A DNA stretch of 64,000 nucleotides. Source: Felis catus. Lineage: Eukaryota. The stretch is taken from assembly GCF_018350175.1 (NCBI RefSeq), contig NC_058368.1, forward strand, positions 185,506,001 through 185,570,000, given 5' to 3'. Of this stretch, positions 12,771 through 26,024 are shown one piece after another. Below the pieces are notes generated by a model. That model saw only the letters and a list, made by a program, of their open reading frames with translations, searched no databases and was not told the origin of the DNA. Within the stretch, counting starts at the first letter, position 1. Each line of letters begins with the position of its first letter. A program made the translations under genes and the position numbers.

Positions 12771-13693
12771 AGTGTGATTCTCATCCAGATGAATACACCT
12801 TTTCTCAAGTGTGTTTCTGAGATGATGGCAAGTGAAAGTATGAGACAATGGAGAGATACAAGCATGTTATCTTAACCACTGACTTGGCCTAGTCTAGTGG
12901 GAAAAAAATGGAAACTGTCCTGGGGGTCACATTAAATGTTCTTTATGTTCTTTGGCTCATAGTCTCACTCACTTTGAGGAGCCAATTTTTCCCACATTCT
13001 TCCCCAAACTCTCCCTCAAGGTAGATCTGACTACTAACGTTCATGCCTGTCTGGGGTTGGTGAATGGGATATTGTAAGGAGCCAATGAGTGAGCATATGC
13101 ATCTAGGACTTAACTAAAAACTTAATGCATGGTCAAATCTCTCTGTACCTTCAGTTTTCCTTTCAAATAATGCATGTCACTCTAATATTCTAAAGGGTTC
13201 TTCTCCCTGTTTTGTTTTTCCTTGATGTCTTGGTAGTATGTACCCATCCCTAGATCTCACAGATTTTACATTCTCTTTCCTCTGCTTATTCTTCAGAGTT
13301 TTCCATTTGCCTTGAAAACAGATTGTTGTTTAGATTAATATTGTCCAATCAACAACAAAGACCCCCAATATACTATGTTATTTTCTGCCGTCAAGTCAAT
13401 TAACTTCACATTATATTTCCTACTCTTCTAGCTTGATATTTCCCTTTTAATATTATGGTGTTGTACAGAATGAATAACGTTATGACTTGAGAAAAAACAC
13501 TTAATACAACTCCAGACAATGTGAAATGGAAACCTCACTTATTTTTCTAAAGGTGTGAAAAACAAGAATTTTTTTTAATGCCTTTGCTGTCACAAACCAC
13601 TGTTTTTACTTGACAGTCTAAATGTAATATATTTTGCTTATTTATCTAAAATTCTTGCTGAAATAGATTTGAATAGACTTTCTTTCCCCTTCT

Positions 13694-14058
13694 CTGGAGG
13701 GCAGAGAGTGGAAGAAATGGGTGAAGATGGCCAAAGGGTACAAACTTCCAGTTATAAGGTGAATCAGTTCTGGTGATGTAATGTTTAGCATGGGGACTAT
13801 AGTTAACAATACTGAGTTGTGTATTTGAAGTTCATATTGTATGTTCATATTGAATACATATTGTATATTGTATTGTATATATTAAAATTTGTCATAATAC
13901 ACACACACATACACATTGTAACTATGTGAGATGATGGATGTGTTATTAATCATATAGTGCTAATCATTTTGCAATACATACATATAAAATCATTGTGTTG
14001 TACATCTTAAACTTACACAACATTAAATGTCAATTATATCTCAACAAACCTGGAAAGA
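13694..14058 (+). mobile_element. LINE-1 3' UTR (L1MA/MB-like)
   Basis: aaagggtacaaacttccagttataag...atgtttagcatggggactatagttaacaatactg...gtaactatgtgagatgatggatgtgtta...tgtcaattatatctcaacaaa. Confidence 0.85.
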
Positions 14059-15592
14059 ATATTTCTTAACATGGTAAGCAATAGAAATAAGTGACATAAA
14101 ATTTAACAACTATTTCATGTAGAGATCAGAGATTGATATAGTCATGATTTTTGCAAATAATAGTGTTTTAAACAAGAAATGAGTCTGAAATGATGGGTCT
14201 GTGGTCTCTTCTGATAATTCTATGGTTTGTTTTGTCTTGACATACTTATCTTCATTATATTATGGTATTTGATCAAAAGCAATAGAATGTATATATTGAA
14301 TTATGTTACTGTTCAAGGATGCTTTTATATATTTGAGAGAATGAAGAGAGATATCTCTAAGAAATGGAATACTCAGTCAGTGCTGGAAGATAGAACACTT
14401 TTGAAAAACCAAAGAGATATAGGAGGATGAGGATTTGAACAAATGGGGTCCATAAGGCCAAATGCTACAGAAGGAGAAATCAGAAAGATTTGTGTTTTGC
14501 CAATAGGAGATAAACAATGGCCCCCAATTGAAAGCTTCTTAAGAGTCATAGGAACAGAAAAAAAAATTCCAAGTGACTAAGGACTAACTACATGATGAAA
14601 TATAATGGCCACACTTTCATATTAATATGGTTTTTAACAATATGATAAGAATAATATATGATATAAAAATATACAAACAATGCAGAAGGCTAAAATGATA
14701 TTTCTGGCAAGCCCATCCATAACAAATAGCCACTGTTACAGGTGGATGCATGGAAGTTTGCATTTAAAAATTATGTATGTAATTCAAAACATTGTATACA
14801 TAGTCCATTTGTGTAATGATGCAATGAAGGAAATATAGAAAATATTATGCCTTAAAAAATATCCATGTCATTAAATTTTTTTTATCATAGAGTGAAGAGT
14901 GAAATAGATAGAGGTAGGAATAGTGGATGGATCAAGTTCTAGAAGAAAACTATTAGAGATAGAAATAAGGAGAAAGAATGCTATATTTCCAAGAAAGAAG
15001 AGAAGGAAAAACTAGATTTTAGAGATACGTGTATTAGGGAGAAGAAGGGAGCAGTAGAAACAATAGCTTGTCAACTGAGCTAAAATGCTACGTAAAAATA
15101 ATATTGGATGTGATAAAATACACAAACACAGGCATACACACTTTCCTATGTTCTGAGTTTACTCATAGATTCAAACAAGTAATATCATTATGTTCTTGAC
15201 AGAAATGTTCACAATTCAAGTTGTTTGTTAGGCTTTAAGACTCTGTGAATACAGATTCTTAGGACTCTAAGTTCTCCTGGAAGGAGGGAAGGGTGGGGGG
15301 GAGGTTAAGAGGAAGAGAGTTTTTCCTTATCCAGAATAGTGCTTGCTGTCTTTTTACACACTGGATTTCTATAAAATATCTCCTTTGAAAAAAGTTATTG
15401 ATCTCTAAAAGTAACTGGATAACCATTGTTCATTGTTGACAGTTAATAGTTTCCAGGAAGATCACCAGGAACTGGTAGTTTATTCATTAGATGAGAAAAT
15501 AAATATATAACATAATAATATATAACTGTCATAAAGGTTCAGACATGTTATTACTGATGTTTTTTTTTTTCCTGATACTTGCAGTTCTGGGA

Positions 15593-15670
15593 AAATGGAG
15601 ACTAGGAAAGAAATATCTAGAACCCACTCCTAGAAATGGAGTCAAGGAAAGAAATATCTAGAACCCACTC
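15593..15670. repeat. Local tandem duplication, 37-bp copies with 41-bp period
   Basis: aaatggagactaggaaagaaatatctagaacccactc (15593-15629) and aaatggagtcaaggaaagaaatatctagaacccactc (15634-15670), 2 mismatches. Confidence 0.92.
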
Positions 15671-17737
15671 AAGGAGGACTATTATCATCCTGTTATCAGC
15701 AATTAAAGAATAGAGACCAAAGAAAGAGCTTAAAGATACCTTTGGTGCATTGTTATGTCATTAGCAAAGAGTGTACTTCTCATCTAATAGGGAGAAATAG
15801 CTCAGTTCTTCTAGTCCACAGTTGACTTCCTACAATGGACTCCATTAAGCCAAATGTCAATAAAGGCCAGAATTGTGATGAACTGCACAGGTATTGCCCA
15901 TGGTAGCTGGGAAATATTTCAACATATTATTATTTTTAAAACTATTTTATTCTCTGATTAGGATTTCTATGAATAAATGAATTTGATCAATCATTCAAGA
16001 CCTTATGCAGAAGTTTTAATCTAGAAGCTCATTAGCTAGATCTGGCCTGAAAGATTTGTGTGACACACAAAATATATTTCAAATATGTGAATCAGCAATA
16101 TTTAAAAGTCAAGAAATTCAGAGTAAGTCTAGTCTAGATTTCTTTCTTCTTTTGAAAAAAAGGCAAAATATTGTTGCATCAGACCCTATTCCTACATGGC
16201 AGACATCAACTGTAGGTTACAAGTTGCTATTGCCTGTCTGACCCTGCAGACTTTGGAGACAGTGACTTCTGACTTTGTGAGTGGCCCTAGTTGTATTTTT
16301 GTTCCTGAGACAGAAGTAAATTGAATATGAGTGTGACTGACCACTCTTCTATTCCAGACAATCTCCTCAAGAGCTTCCCTTGAGCAATTCTGTTCTTAGG
16401 AAGGAACATTTCTTAGTATGAAAATAAGCTATGATTTGAAATGCTCACATATGATTCACTGAGAGAATCAGGAAGTAGATGGCATGAGTTGTCTTCTGGA
16501 TTTAAACTTTTCTTTTCTGTTTTTGCTCAAAAACTGATAGCAGAGAACAATCACTTAAATAGTATCATTGTGATTATGGCTTGATTGTTTTTAATAAATG
16601 TATCTGAAGACAGACAAAGTAAGAAAATACTTTGAAATCTCGTTATAATGAGGTGTTCTATGCTGGTAGCCCGAAGCTTTGAGAACATTTGCAACCCAGA
16701 GATACATTAAAACTGAACCCCTACAGAAACTAGAAACAGAGAATGGAATAGCAATAAAAAGTCCTAGTCATTTGAGGCCTTTATTTAGAAGAATTTATGA
16801 AGATCAATTTTATTTAGCACTGTGGTTTTGGAGTTTCCTGCACAAGTTGATTCTTCTGAAGAAGGGTGTTAAGGTGGTAATAAAGCCATTAAACCATTAA
16901 TCTTAAACAGCCAAGTGGGCAGCTGTCAGAAAACCTAATTAATCTGGCCTAACTGAGTCCAAATATTAGGGGATATGAAATGTAGGCTAAATCTACAGCC
17001 ACAAATTATTTTGACAGATTTAACCAGCTGAGTACACCTCATCAAAAACAGTAAAATCAACTTTCAAGTTATTTACTAGAGAGTTCTAAAGTACTTTGAA
17101 AGGAAATGGGGAAACAAAGTTGATAATAAGAACAGCAAGCATTTATGGAACAGTGTGCAAAGCATTTTGCACATGCATCTCATTTAATAGGAGCAACCAC
17201 TCAATGATAGAGGTTCTCAAATTATTGCCATTTGGAATATGAGAAATCAAAGTTTAGAAAAACTGAATAAATTGTCTGAGGTTGTGTGGCTAGTCAGAAA
17301 GACATAAACCTGAGATTCATATTTTCCTGCACACCTTCCTATTGGACAAGGGAACAGTGGGGATTACTTAAATGTGCTGCTATTGACATCAGTGGATTCC
17401 ATCTTAGTGGGTTAAATGGATTTTTATTTCCCTACTACCTGGTTGTCTTTAAAGCATTTGTAGTCTAGTAAAATTATTCAGAGACCCATGGTTAGCCCTA
17501 CAGATATGACCATTTTATTCTCTGACTCAATATTTTGTGTTTCCTTCTTATTTTGCTAATGATTTGAAGTTGCTTATCAGATGTGAAAAAATTACAATGA
17601 TGAAGCTATTTCTCTAGAAAACCCTTACTGATCTGTGCACACAAAAGGTTTTTATTCTTAAATAGTCTAGTTGATTCTTCTAGTAATAATAATAATGATA
17701 ACACTTGAAAAAGCATCACCAACAAACATTTTTTTAA

Positions 17738-17760
17738 GTGAACTTTTTTTAATGTTTAGT

Positions 17761-17810
<50 letters not shown>

Positions 17811-17974
17811 TGAGCAGGGGAGGAACAGAGAGAGAGAGGGAGACACAGAATCTGAAGCAGGCTCCAGGCTCTGGGCTGTCAGCACAGAGCCCAACACCAG
17901 GCTCGAACCCACAAACCGTTATATCATGACCTGAGCCAAAGTCAGATGCTTAACCAACTGAGCCCCAGGAGCCC
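17738..17974 (-). mobile_element. Carnivore SINE with (GA)21
   Basis: SINEC body with a (GA) run at 17764-17805. Long TSD caccaacaaacatttttt at 17717 and 17975. Confidence 0.94.
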
Positions 17975-18259
17975 CACCAACAAACATTTTTTAAACACTT
18001 ATGGGCCAGGCACAGAACGCTAGGGTTTATATGCCATGAAACCCTATATTAGCAAAATGAAAAATTGTCCTCCTGCCAAATAATGTTCATTTGTCCTTAA
18101 GAAGTGTTTTATTATCATCTGAATGTAGATGGAAAGTATGTGGAAAATGCAGTCTTCCCCACAGGTTTGTTGTGAAAATTTAATACAAATGAGCAATAAA
18201 ACATTAAATTCAGGAGAAGACCACAAATTCCAAAACTATGGAATAAGATGAACTTGGAT

Positions 18260-18372
18260 TAGGGTTGCGAGAATAAGGAAATAAAAATGCAGGACATACT
18301 GTTAAATATAACTTCCAGATAAACAACAGTTTTGTTCTGTTTTTAGTATGATTATATCCCAATTATTGTATG
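18260..18372 (+). mobile_element. Half of a MER53-like palindromic hAT MITE, within MIR remnants
   Basis: tagggttgcgagaataaggaaataaaaatgcaggacatactgttaaat...cagataaacaac...ttttagtatgattatatccc matches the recalled MER53 left arm. Confidence 0.7.
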
Positions 18373-18641
18373 TTCCTCACTAGGTATGTGATGGGAAATC
18401 TCTCTAAGATTAATTTATCCATCTGCAATAGTAGAGCAATCATTTGGACCTTATGGAGTTGTGAAGATGGGAATGAGGTGTCATTAAGTACCTAGCACTG
18501 AGCCTGCCACCAAGTAGGTTATGAGTAACCAGTTGATTTTGAACATGGTTCAAAGCTATTAGCCTTTTAATAGCTAACAACCATTCTGTGATTGTGGGGA
18601 ATTTAAGATCTAGACCCTGAGTTCTAAAATTAAAGTATTTT

Positions 18642-18851
18642 GGGGGATGCCTGCATGGCTCAGTCAGTTAAACATCCACCTCCTGATTTCAGCTGAGGTC
18701 ATGATCTCAAGGTCATGAGATCTAGCCCTCTGTTGGGCTCCATGCTGGGTGTGGAGTTTGCTTAAGATTTTCTCTCTCCCTCTTCCTCTGATGCGTCCCT
18801 GCTAGCATGTGTGCTCGCTCTCTCTCCAAAAAAAAAAAAAAAAAAAAAAAA
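18642..18851 (+). mobile_element. Older carnivore SINE with A24 tail
   Basis: gggggatgcctgcatggctcagtcagttaa head, gcttaagattttctctctccc body, poly(A) at 18828-18851. Confidence 0.92.
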
Positions 18852-20827
18852 GAGAAGTAAATAATATTATTTTGAAATCATATTATCTAAACTCTCTACG
18901 GATAAGAAAGAAGTAAGAAATCAAATAAGCCTACAGCCAAGATTAGTACATATATCTCTTAAATATCCATTAAAAGTTCTTTGCAATGTGGCAACTTGTC
19001 TTATAGGAAATACTGCTGAAAAACAGTTAAGGACACACACACACACACACATACACACACACACGGTGTTGGGTACACACAACAAAATTCCAAATCTCCT
19101 TTTGTAACTTGAATAATATTTTGTTCTATCATGCAGACACAGCCTGTGATATTTACCAAAACCTGTGGTATTTACCTAACTACAGTTGATTTCATAAACA
19201 CTAGTATTTTTAATCATTGCTAATAAAATAGACTGTTTTCAAGCATGGGTCTTCATCACCAACCACCGTCATCCAGAATGTGAAAATGTGATACATTTTG
19301 TATATCTGCTCAGCAAGCTTTTAAGTAACATTGACTTCTCACCCTAGTCATAAAAAATAACTTACCTTATAGCACTGACTTAATTTCTTGTTGATAATTT
19401 ATTTTTATCCAAACAAATGCTGAGCTCTTTTCTAATCAATGACGAGCATCTCACTTTTGCTAGCACTGAGTTCTTCAGTAGGCAGTTTGCAAAGTGAGGC
19501 TCATTTGCATTCAACCACACATCACTTTGCAAGGTGTAATTTGCATTTCTGATCATGAGTATAATTTTCCTTTAACTTTGTTGCAACATAGAACACAAGT
19601 ACTGATATTACTTTAACTCTAATCTATTATTTTTAATACATGACATAATTTTAAGAAATCAATCCAAATTTCTATCTCAGTCTTGTGAGCTGTTATTTTT
19701 ACAGACATTCAATTCTATTGTTCACTAGCTGAAGAGTTAAAATAATTTATTATCAAATCAGAGAGACCCGTGTGTATATCTCAGTACTTATGCTTACAAA
19801 ATGTATCCCATTAGGCCAACAACTTAAATACTCTGAACCTCAGAGTTTTTATTTGTAAAATGAGCACACTAACAGCACTGATGGCATAGGGAATTGTGAG
19901 GGTTAAATGAAACAATGCCTGGAAAGTACTTTACCTAGTGATGGACACATAGAAAATACTAAACATAATCAAAATTCCTTTTCTCTTTTTTTTAGTTATC
20001 ATATTGTACTTTAAATTTTTCTTTTAATTTCTTGATTATTCCATCATTACTTTTAGTTATTTTCACACTTCATATTAGAAAAGATTATTTTTTAGAAAAA
20101 TTTACATGAATCTTGGAAGGGCATCAGGGGACTTTGGCAGAGGAATCAGGTAGTAGACCTCCCTTAGTGGAGGAGAGCTCATGGAGGAAAAAGTGCTATG
20201 ATCATCCCCAAGAATTATACCATTTCCTTTGGCACCTTTGTGGCATATTTACTGACAACCGATGAACTGATATATCTCAGTTTACATGTGATTACAAATA
20301 AAAAAAAAGGCTGACCTCGGTGTGATGACACTTGGTAGTTTGGTTCTAGAGCCCATATTCTATCACTGCTGAGTATCAGGAAGGATGGTTATTTCAGGCT
20401 GGTGTTAGTCATTAGGACAGACAAAAAGAAGGCACAGAGACTCTCCTGTGAGGAAATGTGAATGGATTTCAATTTTGGAAGAAATCTAAGTGGACTTCAG
20501 AGAAGGTAGTTGACTTGGAAATAGAATTAACTGAGGTTACTTTAAGGTGCATGAATCTAGAAGAGATTTGCTGTCTTCTAGATGAAAGCAGGCTAGAGTC
20601 AATATTTTGTGAGGTCTGCAGTAGGTAGGACTTGAGAACACATTTCAGAAAGAACTGTTTTCCATTTTTTCTTGCTTTGCATCCATTGTAACATTTATGA
20701 CTTAGGCAATTAACAAAACAAAAATAACAAGGCTCTTTGTAAAAATTGATATAAATATACATACATTTTTATGTAGGAAAACTTAAAAGTTGTTATTACT
20801 ACCCTCATGTAAGATTATGAATGAGAT

Positions 20828-21060
20828 CCTTAGGAGCATGGACACTGAAACTAGACTGAGTTTTAACCCTATGCCACCACTTAGCAGCGATGTGACTTTG
20901 GTTTTTTGATTTCTGTATCTCAGTTTCATCATCTGTAACATGGGGATAATTATATTATCTACTGCATATATGTGCTAACAGGATGACATGAGTTAATACA
21001 TATAATATAGCTTAGAACTGAACCCAAGCACACTGTAATTATTTAATGTTAGCTATTATA
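20828..21060 (+). mobile_element. MIR SINE, near full length
   Basis: ttaggagcatggacactg...gccaccacttagcagcgatgtgactttgg...tctcagtttcatcatctgtaacatggggataat...aatgttagctatta. Confidence 0.8.
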
Positions 21061-21261
21061 TCACTGAGTGAAATGGTGCAAGCCATTCCTTATATTACCA
21101 TTTTTTAAAATTAATGCCTTGATATGGTATGTACCATGTATTTTTAAGCTCCCCGATATGCTATTCATTCCTATGACTAGAGCAGAGAATATGGCAGACA
21201 GATGTGTAGTTTGGAATAGTAAAGAGTCATTTGTTTAAAAACATTTAAAAATTTTTTTTAA

Positions 21262-21459
21262 CATTTATTTATTTTGAGACAGAGAGAGACAGAGCATGAA
21301 CGGGGGAGGGTCAGAGAGAGGGAGACACAGAATCTGAAACAGGCTCCAGGCTCTGAGCTGTCAGCACAGAGCTCGATGCGGAGCTCAAACTCACAGACCA
21401 GGAGATCATGACCTGAGCCTAAGTTGGCCGCTTAACCGACTGAGCCACCCAGGCGCCCC
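21262..21459 (-). mobile_element. Felid SINE inserted into the tail of the adjacent SINE
   Basis: Well-preserved body ending cgcttaaccgactgagccacccaggcgcccc. Flanked by identical taaaaattttttttaa at 21246-21261 and 21460-21475. Confidence 0.93.
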
Positions 21460-21475
21460 TAAAAATTTTTTTTAA

Positions 21476-21680
21476 TGTTTATTTATTTTTGAGAGATAGA
21501 AAGAGAGAGAGAGAGACAGAGCACAAGCTGGGGAGGGGCAGAGAGAGAAGGAGACACAGAATCCCAAACAGGTTCCAGGCTTTTAGCTGTCAGCACAGAG
21601 CACGATGTGGGGCTTGAACCCACAATGGTGACATTATGACTTGAGCCGAAGTCAGACGCTTAACCAACTCAGCCACCCAA
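21476..21680 (-). mobile_element. Carnivore SINE lacking its first ~9 nt
   Basis: SINEC body ending cgcttaaccaactcagccaccca. The terminal ggcgcccc is absent. Confidence 0.92.
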
Positions 21681-22299
21681 CCACCACTTTTTCTTTCTTT
21701 CTTTTTTTTTTTAATTTTTTTGAAGTCAAGAGCCATTTGAATGGTTATAGTTTGAATCATACCTAGTAAGGAAACCATTTTTTTTATATCATATTCTTCT
21801 TACATATAGTTCTATTAATGAGAAAACAATCCATTTTTTTGAGATTGGTGAGGTTCATCAAAATGAATCCCTTCTTCCAGTTTGCTGAGTAGGTCTCAAG
21901 AATTGGAAATAATTTTAAGATATGTGGCTGACAAATTTTCAGCCATGTCATCACGATGACCAACCTAAGTGATGTGCCATTCTGATAAAGATGGCAGAGA
22001 AGGTGCCCAGAGGGTGGAAAGAAAAGGTCTATGCTGAGATGATCAAATAACCCCAATTATCACTGAAACTGATTTGAGGCCAAGTTTTCACCAAAAATGC
22101 AGCGTGTAGTTTTTAAATAGTCCTGCAAATAATCCATTTACATATAGTGACCTTTCTGATGGAAATCATATTTAAAATCTTCAACAAAAACATGTCCTTA
22201 CTTGTCCTTTTATAGCTTAATTTGCAGATGAAGAGGAGCATACATTTTAAAAAGTTGGTGCTTCCTCCCTGTTATCCTACTATTTGCAAATAATAATAA

Positions 22300-22530
22300 A
22301 AATTATTATCATGGCAATATTTATTGGGCAGTTACTGTGTGCTAAATGCTGTACTAAATTTCATCTGTTATTACTCATTTAAACTTCCCAATAATGCTAT
22401 CAAGAGTCCATCTTTTTATTATCTTTAGTTATTATTTTTAGGAAACTATGGCTTAAATTAATTACATGCCCAAGCTTACCCAGCTAATAATTGGCAGACA
22501 AGGATTGAACCAGGTCTTGAGTCTCAACCT
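22300..22530 (-). mobile_element. MIR SINE
   Basis: caatatttattgggcagttactgtgtgctaaatgctg...ggaaactatggctta...tgcccaagcttacccagctaataattggcagacaaggattgaaccagg. Confidence 0.75.
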
Positions 22531-23573
22531 CAATGTAACACTACCCAGAAATGGTGTGATGGATAGTGAAAGTTGGCCCAGAGCTCAAGGACCATCTAGT
22601 AGTACTCAGAGTATGGGATGGCTCAACTTTGACCATATAAAATAGTATTAAGTGGCTTATGAAATTGGCATCAAATGACTTTAAAGATGGGGAAGTTACT
22701 CTCTGTTCAATTCTTCCTCAACCAAATTTATCCTCAGGGAAAGGATTAGTCTGTGATCATTTCTTTAACTCCCTTGAACATGAGATAATTTTTATTTTTA
22801 GAGTGATCCTTATAATTCATGATCTTCAGCATCAGGTAACCAATAGTGTCTACATAGAATCGAGTAATAATATTTTGTTTATTTTGTTGTCGGTGTATTT
22901 TCTATCAATAGGAAAAATTTTATTTATAGGACTGATATAAAATGAAAATCACTTATGTAAGTAAAGGAATAGTCAAAGTCACATTTGGGTGTAGTACTAT
23001 TGTAATAGAAGTATGGAAATGTATAAAACTTGGAAAACCCTGTATTTCAAATATTTGTTTGGAGTCCTACACCTGTGAGCTTAAATTCTGCCACTGAGTC
23101 CAACACCCCCCCCCCCGCCACACCACCCCATCATTGTATTCTACTCTATAAACCTTAGAAAATCATCGATGTCTTAGTATTTACACATGAAAAATGGGAT
23201 ATGAGAATCCAAATCTTACAGGATTTTGTCTTATTAAATGTCTAAATATATGTGTAGTGCTTAGCTCAGTGGTAGATATAGTAGTCATCTGTAGATGGAC
23301 TATTAATATTATTTTCCAGCTTCTCATTCCCTTTCTTTTTCCCATGTCTCATATTGGTTATCTCTATATCCATAGTTAAATGTCGCATTAAATGAACTCA
23401 GACCAGAAAAAAGCTTAACTCCTGGAACTTATCAGCCCCCATCTCTGAGTAGAGTTAGGCTTTATCTATATGAGAATAAAATTTATCATAATAACACTTA
23501 TTGTAGTATCAAACTTTGAATCAGATGAATTACTCACATTAACTTAAATTATTTAGTATTTTTTCTTACCACA

Positions 23574-23801
<228 letters not shown>

Positions 23802-24221
23802 ATTCCACCTGTCAGTCTAAATATGCTTAAAGCTGAACTATAAAGCTAATCAGAATGTGACAGCCTTGTTATCAAGTATAATAAAGGTCAGGAAATTAAA
23901 GTTTCTCATAGATACTTCTTATAAGATATATTCTGGAATTCACTGGAAAAAACTGAATGGTGATGTGCTATTGTTTTATGTTATTCATAATGGCAAGTAA
24001 CAGAGTAGCTTTCCTCATCTGCTTCTGATGGGATGAAATCTCATTGTGTGGGAGCTAATGTTTCAATTCCACAGAAACTCTAAAATTGATACTAAGTTTT
24101 GTTTTTTGTTTGTTTTTTTTTTTTTTTGATTATAGAGCCTTTGCATGTGAACATTTATTTGACTGGAACAAGCCATCCCACCACCTAGACTTTTTTTTTC
24201 TTTTACTTTACATTAGTGCTT

Positions 24222-24445
24222 CTTTTTTTTTTAAATTTTTTTAATGTTTATTTATTTTTGAGAGAGAGACACACAGAATGTGAGTGGGGGAAGGCCAGAG
24301 AGAGAGGGAGACACAGAATCCGAAGCAGGCTCCAGGCTTTGAGCTGTCAGCACAGAGCCTGATGTGGGGCTCGAACTCACAAACTACAAGATCATGACCT
24401 GAGCTGAAGTCAGCTGCTTAACTGACTGAGCCACCCAGGCATCCC
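24222..24445 (-). mobile_element. Carnivore SINE
   Basis: SINEC body. TSD tacattagtgctt (24209-24221) / tactttagtgctt (24446-24458). Confidence 0.94.
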
Positions 24446-24499
24446 TACTTTAGTGCTTTTTATTGTACTTATGAATTACTTCATATCTGGAGACTTTAT

Positions 24500-24524
24500 T
24501 TTTGTAAATGTTTATTTTTGAGAG

Positions 24525-24589
<65 letters not shown>

Positions 24590-24762
24590 AGAGAAAGAGA
24601 ATGAGTGGGGAAGGGGCAGAGAGAGAGTAGATACAGGATCTGAAGCACTCTGGGCTCTGAGCTGTCAGCACAGAGCCAGACACGGGCTCGAACTGACAGA
24701 CCAAAAGATCATGACCTGAGCCGAAGTCAGACGCCCAAGTGACTCAGCCACCCAGGCGCCCC
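24500..24762 (-). mobile_element. Carnivore SINE with (GA)27
   Basis: SINEC body ending cccaggcgcccc, with a (GA) run at 24529-24582. Confidence 0.93.
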
Positions 24763-24769
24763 TGAAGAC

Positions 24770-24885
24770 ATTGTTTAAAGTAAACTGATTCAGTAAGTCT
24801 GGAATGAGCCATGGGATTCTGTACTTCACAGAAGCTTCTAAATAATGTTGATGCTGATCCACAGACCATATTTCGATAGGCATGC
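24770..24885. mobile_element. MER5-like hAT fragment
   Basis: ctgattcagtaagtctggaatgagcc...ttctgtac...atgttgatgctgatccacagaccatattt. Confidence 0.6.
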
Positions 24886-24944
24886 ATTATATCACCTCCT
24901 TAGAAAGACCTTCCATGTCCCTGCCACTTAAAGTAGTTCTCTTT

Positions 24945-25123
24945 AGGGTTCCTGGGTGGCTCAGTCTGACAAATGTCTGTTCAGCTTAGGAGATGATCTC
25001 ACGGTCATAAAATCAAACTCTGCATTAGGTTCTGCACTGAGGATAGAGTCTGCTTAAGGTTCTCTCTCTCCCTCTCTCTCTCTACACCTCCCGTACACGC
25101 TCTGTCTCTCAAAAAGAAAAAAA
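24945..25123 (+). mobile_element. Older carnivore SINE
   Basis: agggttcctgggtggctcagtc head. Perfect 15-bp TSD taaagtagttctctt at 24929-24943 and 25124-25138. Confidence 0.9.
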
Positions 25124-25330
25124 TAAAGTAGTTCTCTTCCTAGTATTATTTTGCTTGTTTACTTTTTGCTTGTCTATCATCTCTAGATTGTAAACTTCAC
25201 AAGGTCAGTGATCATATTATGTTGCTCACAACATCTCTAGTGCTTGACATCTAGTAGATGCCCAATAAACTGAGGAAGAAATAAATGAACAACTACTTCT
25301 AGATTGTTTTGGTGTGTTCTAGCACCTAGA

Positions 25331-25515
25331 TTAGCAGTTCTCAAATTTTAGCATGCATCCAGAACTCGGATGGGCTTATGAAAATGCAGACTGCTGAACT
25401 CTCGGATGCAAAGTTTCTGACTCAGTATGTCTAGAGCGGAGCCTAGGAATTTGCAATTCTAAATTCCCAGGTGTGGCTGATGCTGCTGGTCTGGAAACTG
25501 TACTATGAGTACTGG
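25331..25515. mobile_element. MER5A-like hAT-Charlie MITE
   Basis: gcagttctcaaattttagcatgcatc...aatgcagactgctg...gtttctgactcagtatgtct...ttcccaggtg...tgatgctgctggtctgg. Confidence 0.8.
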
Positions 25516-25976
25516 CCTATAATGAAAGATAATTGCTTAATAGTAATCAGTCTTAAAAGATAATGCTGAAATGCTGATTCTGTCTCTGAGGAAATATTCA
25601 AACCACCTAATTTCCCTGCTTAGGTGGCACTTATGATGCAGTTTTCAGAATTCACCTGACAATTGTAGTATGGACTTCATAAGTGTGTAATTGTTATTTA
25701 TTTCATTATCCATATATAGTTAGATATAGATACACACAGTATAAGGCCTTGAGAAAGAAAGGGAAAAATAGCTGTCCCTGCATCAGATCTCCTTATGGAT
25801 TGTAGTCACACCAGACTCCTTTTAAGTCTCCTGTCATGTCCCTTGCACATTGCCTCTTCCTGACATTTTGCAAGTATCAAGCCTAGCCCTTGAGATCATT
25901 TACTCTGTTTGACTCGCCTGGCTTGGTTTCCTTCACAATAGCTCAGACCCCAACAGAACTTCTCTTTCCTTTCTTG

Positions 25977-25980
<4 letters not shown>

Positions 25981-26022
<42 letters not shown>
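25981..26022. repeat. (CT)n microsatellite
   Basis: Read directly; one GT interruption. Confidence 0.95.
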
Positions 26023-26024
<2 letters not shown>

